Shown here: positions 39,601 to 41,472 of the stretch, in pieces
Numbering within the stretch: the stretch's first letter is position 1
Layout of the letters: every line of letters begins with the position of its first letter
Source of the DNA: Calcarisporiella thermophila CBS 279.70
Taxonomy: Eukaryota; Fungi; Calcarisporiellomycota
Length of the DNA: 41,472 nucleotides
Reading direction: 5' to 3'
NCBI RefSeq assembly: GCF_041956535.1
Contig: NW_027192206.1
Location: 619,763-661,234, forward strand
Program-made: the position numbers and the translations under genes
The notes under the pieces: model-generated
The model's input: only the letters and a program-made list of their open reading frames with translations
What the model was told of the DNA's origin: nothing
Database searches by the model: none

Positions 39601-39954
39601 TTAGGTGCAATTTTGGAGCAAGAGCAAGACGATGGTGAAAGGAAGGTAATTGCTTATGCAAGTCGAGGGCTAAGACGGTCCGAGAGGAATTATTCCATAA
39701 CAGATCTTGAGGCACTGGCCGTGGTCTGGGCGATACACTACTTCCGACATTATCTTGCAGGTAGACACTTTTGGCTTCACACAGATCACTCGGCCTTGCG
39801 ATGGGTTTTCCAATCCGAGAACCCCACGGGAAGAATGGCTAGATGGAGTATCTTCCTTTCGCAATTCGATTTCACCACGAAGCATTGCAAGGGTAACACC
39901 AATCCTGCTGATGGACTCTCAAGGCTTATTCCCGATTTATCGAAGGGAAAGTAA
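36685..39954 (+). CDS. Gag-protease-RT-RNase H polyprotein (1089 aa, single frame)
   Basis: Zinc knuckle CRRCQEWGHYASEC; protease IFDSGA; RT YPLPHI, LDAASGYWQ, MPFGLCNAPATFQ, FIDD; RNase H TDASG, LEALA, TDHSAL, ADGLSR. Confidence 0.97.
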   Translation: MSTPRVVDRRIATPTPWYGSPAEDPVSWLQNFEMVKKANGWSDETACNVVGSLCLGSAATWYQRNETKLDSWLKFREEFLKYYRSGVRKEIWRTALRTKRQRADESVDSVASEVLTLLERLGIQGKEERIQYFVDALRPELAAQIYRTEPQSLEAAIEIARREELIEMRRNNGTKEQYYGGQGLERGNLEAQGGYYPYGYPPWTMPTNPWNTLPGLTHSMPNVSAGRPNPVEPNRLEKRLEDLTAMVESLALNALQHTPKSKSKKGDSPNRRENDQGKRPGKNIKCRRCQEWGHYASECEAPRPVPRRRDSKDENESANSRTSPAVGSDVQATNLPVNAMEFMTPRDVTELDILVTEHATTGSRVEEVREVDSNEKGEEREVKSSMVSREKEGATIPSELDSVPLKERAYSIAEDLTTAPANITIGQLLCHSPSVRQEFMGLLRRVTYGVNTVDLDIGLEEDEFDTDDFTAARGRITINNQPIEAIFDSGAATSVITKGLLRKLNLRIDRPSRKSLSTIGGGKIQTLGWVTNVPIQVEGIPAPIGLFVFDREDDCILLGNNWFKINHAYPDVDRDELVMRRPFGRVVSRLQSINKRRTRDTAECYSLMIAEETYEMEKEETAGLSADEQEKLNVLLGEYEDIFRGLGKTETVEHQIETGAAKPIKCAPYRATWQDQEIIKREVEEMLEQGVIEPAISPWAFPVVLVQKKNGKIRFCVNFRKLNDVTKKDTYPLPHINDIFDALHGATVFSTLDAASGYWQVALRKEDKPKATFVTRFGTYQFRVMPFGLCNAPATFQRLMEHVLDGMLWKSVVVFIDDINVYSRTFDEHLEHLRAVFQRLKEHNLRLNRDKCRFGQRQLKYLGHTISAGGIAVDESKVEKLMRMPRPQSIRDVRCFLGLASYYRRFIPRFSNIAIPLHQLTSKDQPWRWREDIEEKAYQTLRAALTKPPVLAYPNPDLNREFHLITDASGEGLGAILEQEQDDGERKVIAYASRGLRRSERNYSITDLEALAVVWAIHYFRHYLAGRHFWLHTDHSALRWVFQSENPTGRMARWSIFLSQFDFTTKHCKGNTNPADGLSRLIPDLSKGK

Positions 39955-40065
39955 CGTTATCAAGTACAATGTTGAGGCCACAGAAGACACGGTTCATTCG
40001 CTAAGGACAACGGATTGATTAGACGATTTCGACGATTTTCACCCGATTCAATTCTATACACAACC

Positions 40066-41415
40066 ATGGAACTAGCTAAATACTATTCAATTTATAACTA
40101 CTTAAACAGCAAGACTTACCCAAGAGACGCAAACGATAAAATCAAGCAACAAGTGCGGAGTTGGGCAAGGCCATATACAATTCGAGATGGGCGATTAGTG
40201 AAGAGGAAATATACGGCCCTACCCATTGAGTTATTACGCGAGGATAACGCTCGAGGTATTGTGGAGCGTATCCATGCGGAAGGACATTTCGGCATCAATA
40301 ATACGTGGGATCGAGTGCGTATAAGATACGATGCCCCAAACTTATTCAATCTTGTGCGAGATGTGGTGATGAGGTGTGACGCTTGTCAAAGTAGAAGACG
40401 ACGAGGACCTCGACAAGCTGAACTACATCCAATGATGATTCCGCCAAAACCTATGGAAATTATGGGAATTGATGCCGCGGGACCTCTACCACCAACAAAG
40501 AAGGGAAATCGGTATGTCCTAGTCGCAGTGGATATGCTAAGCGGTTGGCCGATTGCAAAGGCGGTACCAAACATCACGACGGAAACCACCATTGATTTCC
40601 TTATTGCAGATGTGGTTTCAGTTTACGGCTGTCCGAGGCGACTTGTTTCTGATCAAGGAGCTAACTTCACTGGGGAATTAATGCAACAGTTTTTAAGGCG
40701 GCTAGACATCCAACCTACCCCAACGTCAGCATACCGTCCGGAAGCAAACGGCAAGGTAGAACGTATGAATCAGACTCTCAAGGCAACCATCGCCAAGATG
40801 ACGCGAGGGAGGTCAGATTGGGACGATGCACTACCGTTAGCCCTTATGGCAATTCGGGCAAAACGACATGAAGCGACAGGCTATAGCCCTTATGAAGTGC
40901 TGTACGGTACACCAATGTTAACACCAGCTCTTTGGACCCCACGAGCAGAGGAAGAAGTTATGGGAGGCGATCCTTCCGAAGCGGTCATGCCTCGCTTGGA
41001 AGTGATAAAGTCAACATTGACTAACGTACGAGAGACAGCAGCTCGGAACTTGAGGGCAAATCAACTTAGAGCAGCTGCGAGGTATAACAAGCGAGTAAAG
41101 AAGATAGTTTTCCGACCGGGAGACCAAGTGATGGTTCACGACGAGACACCAGAGTCAGTTTTCCATGATCGATGGTTTGGGCCTCTAACGGTGACCCGAA
41201 GAGCAGGATCGGACAGATATTACTTAAGTCGACAAGGAAGGGAACTGACTGTTCCTGTTCATGCGGATCGATTACGACATTATGTTCCTCCAGCATCGTC
41301 GCGACCGATTCCTAGTGTTATCGCGACAACGACGAGTAACACAGTAGACCAGACGCAAAAACCAATAAGGAGCATGTTGGCCCCGAGTGGACGGAAGAGA
41401 AGAGAAGATGCTTAA
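40066..41415 (+). CDS. Gypsy integrase in a separate ORF
   Basis: HAEGH...CDAC (HHCC), IDAAG / SDQG / KVERMN (DDE) and WFGPLTV (GPY/F-like); no chromodomain seen. First ATG at 40066 in ACCATGG context; the frame is open from 39976. Confidence 0.93.
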   Translation: MELAKYYSIYNYLNSKTYPRDANDKIKQQVRSWARPYTIRDGRLVKRKYTALPIELLREDNARGIVERIHAEGHFGINNTWDRVRIRYDAPNLFNLVRDVVMRCDACQSRRRRGPRQAELHPMMIPPKPMEIMGIDAAGPLPPTKKGNRYVLVAVDMLSGWPIAKAVPNITTETTIDFLIADVVSVYGCPRRLVSDQGANFTGELMQQFLRRLDIQPTPTSAYRPEANGKVERMNQTLKATIAKMTRGRSDWDDALPLALMAIRAKRHEATGYSPYEVLYGTPMLTPALWTPRAEEEVMGGDPSEAVMPRLEVIKSTLTNVRETAARNLRANQLRAAARYNKRVKKIVFRPGDQVMVHDETPESVFHDRWFGPLTVTRRAGSDRYYLSRQGRELTVPVHADRLRHYVPPASSRPIPSVIATTTSNTVDQTQKPIRSMLAPSGRKRREDA

Positions 41416-41461
41416 AGAGAGAGAGATTTGTGGGAAGTCGGTCAGGAGCCTCGACTTAATC

Positions 41462-41471
41462 AAGGGGGAAA
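41462..41471 (+). promoter_or_regulatory. Polypurine tract
   Basis: AAGGGGGAAA downstream of the IN stop, preceded by an AAGTCG/CGACTT stem (41435-41457). The last base, T, may begin the 3' LTR. Confidence 0.75.
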
Positions 41472-41472
41472 T

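Larger units (their letters stand above)
36605..41472 (+). mobile_element. Ty3/gypsy LTR retrotransposon internal region, apparently intact
   Basis: PBS, gag-PR-RT-RH ORF, integrase ORF and PPT in gypsy order. Confidence 0.97.

Overview
Eukaryotic sequence, most likely an early-diverging fungus (short GT-AG introns, Cdc11/Kex1/Dcr2 homologues). Positions 1-28.4 kb are a compact gene-rich arm. In order it holds a decayed Sola-like DNA transposase, Arb2/FAM172-like protein, dynein light intermediate chain, enolase, two tandem intronless 7TM receptor-like paralogues, a CPY-like S10 carboxypeptidase, a HAUS2-like augmin subunit, an unlisted 59-aa Lys-rich ORF, septin Cdc11, Rab6/Ypt6, Kex1, an SSSCA1-like double zinc-ribbon protein and a secreted MABP-repeat/Dcr2-type metallophosphoesterase. 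From 28.8 kb onward the region is tRNA- and retroelement-rich. It has two identical tRNA-Pro(AGG) genes, a 5'-truncated L1/Tx1-like LINE with a 16-bp TSD inserted in a tRNA-like sequence, further TE relics, an 18-bp palindrome and an orphan 506-aa membrane protein. It ends with an apparently intact Ty3/gypsy element whose presumed 5' LTR (a 915-nt N gap) starts 16 nt upstream of the second tRNA. That element's integrase is cut off from gag-PR-RT-RH by in-frame stops, but could be rejoined by a 72-nt GT-AG intron or translated from its own strong ATG. All assignments come from motif recognition by eye; no searches were run.
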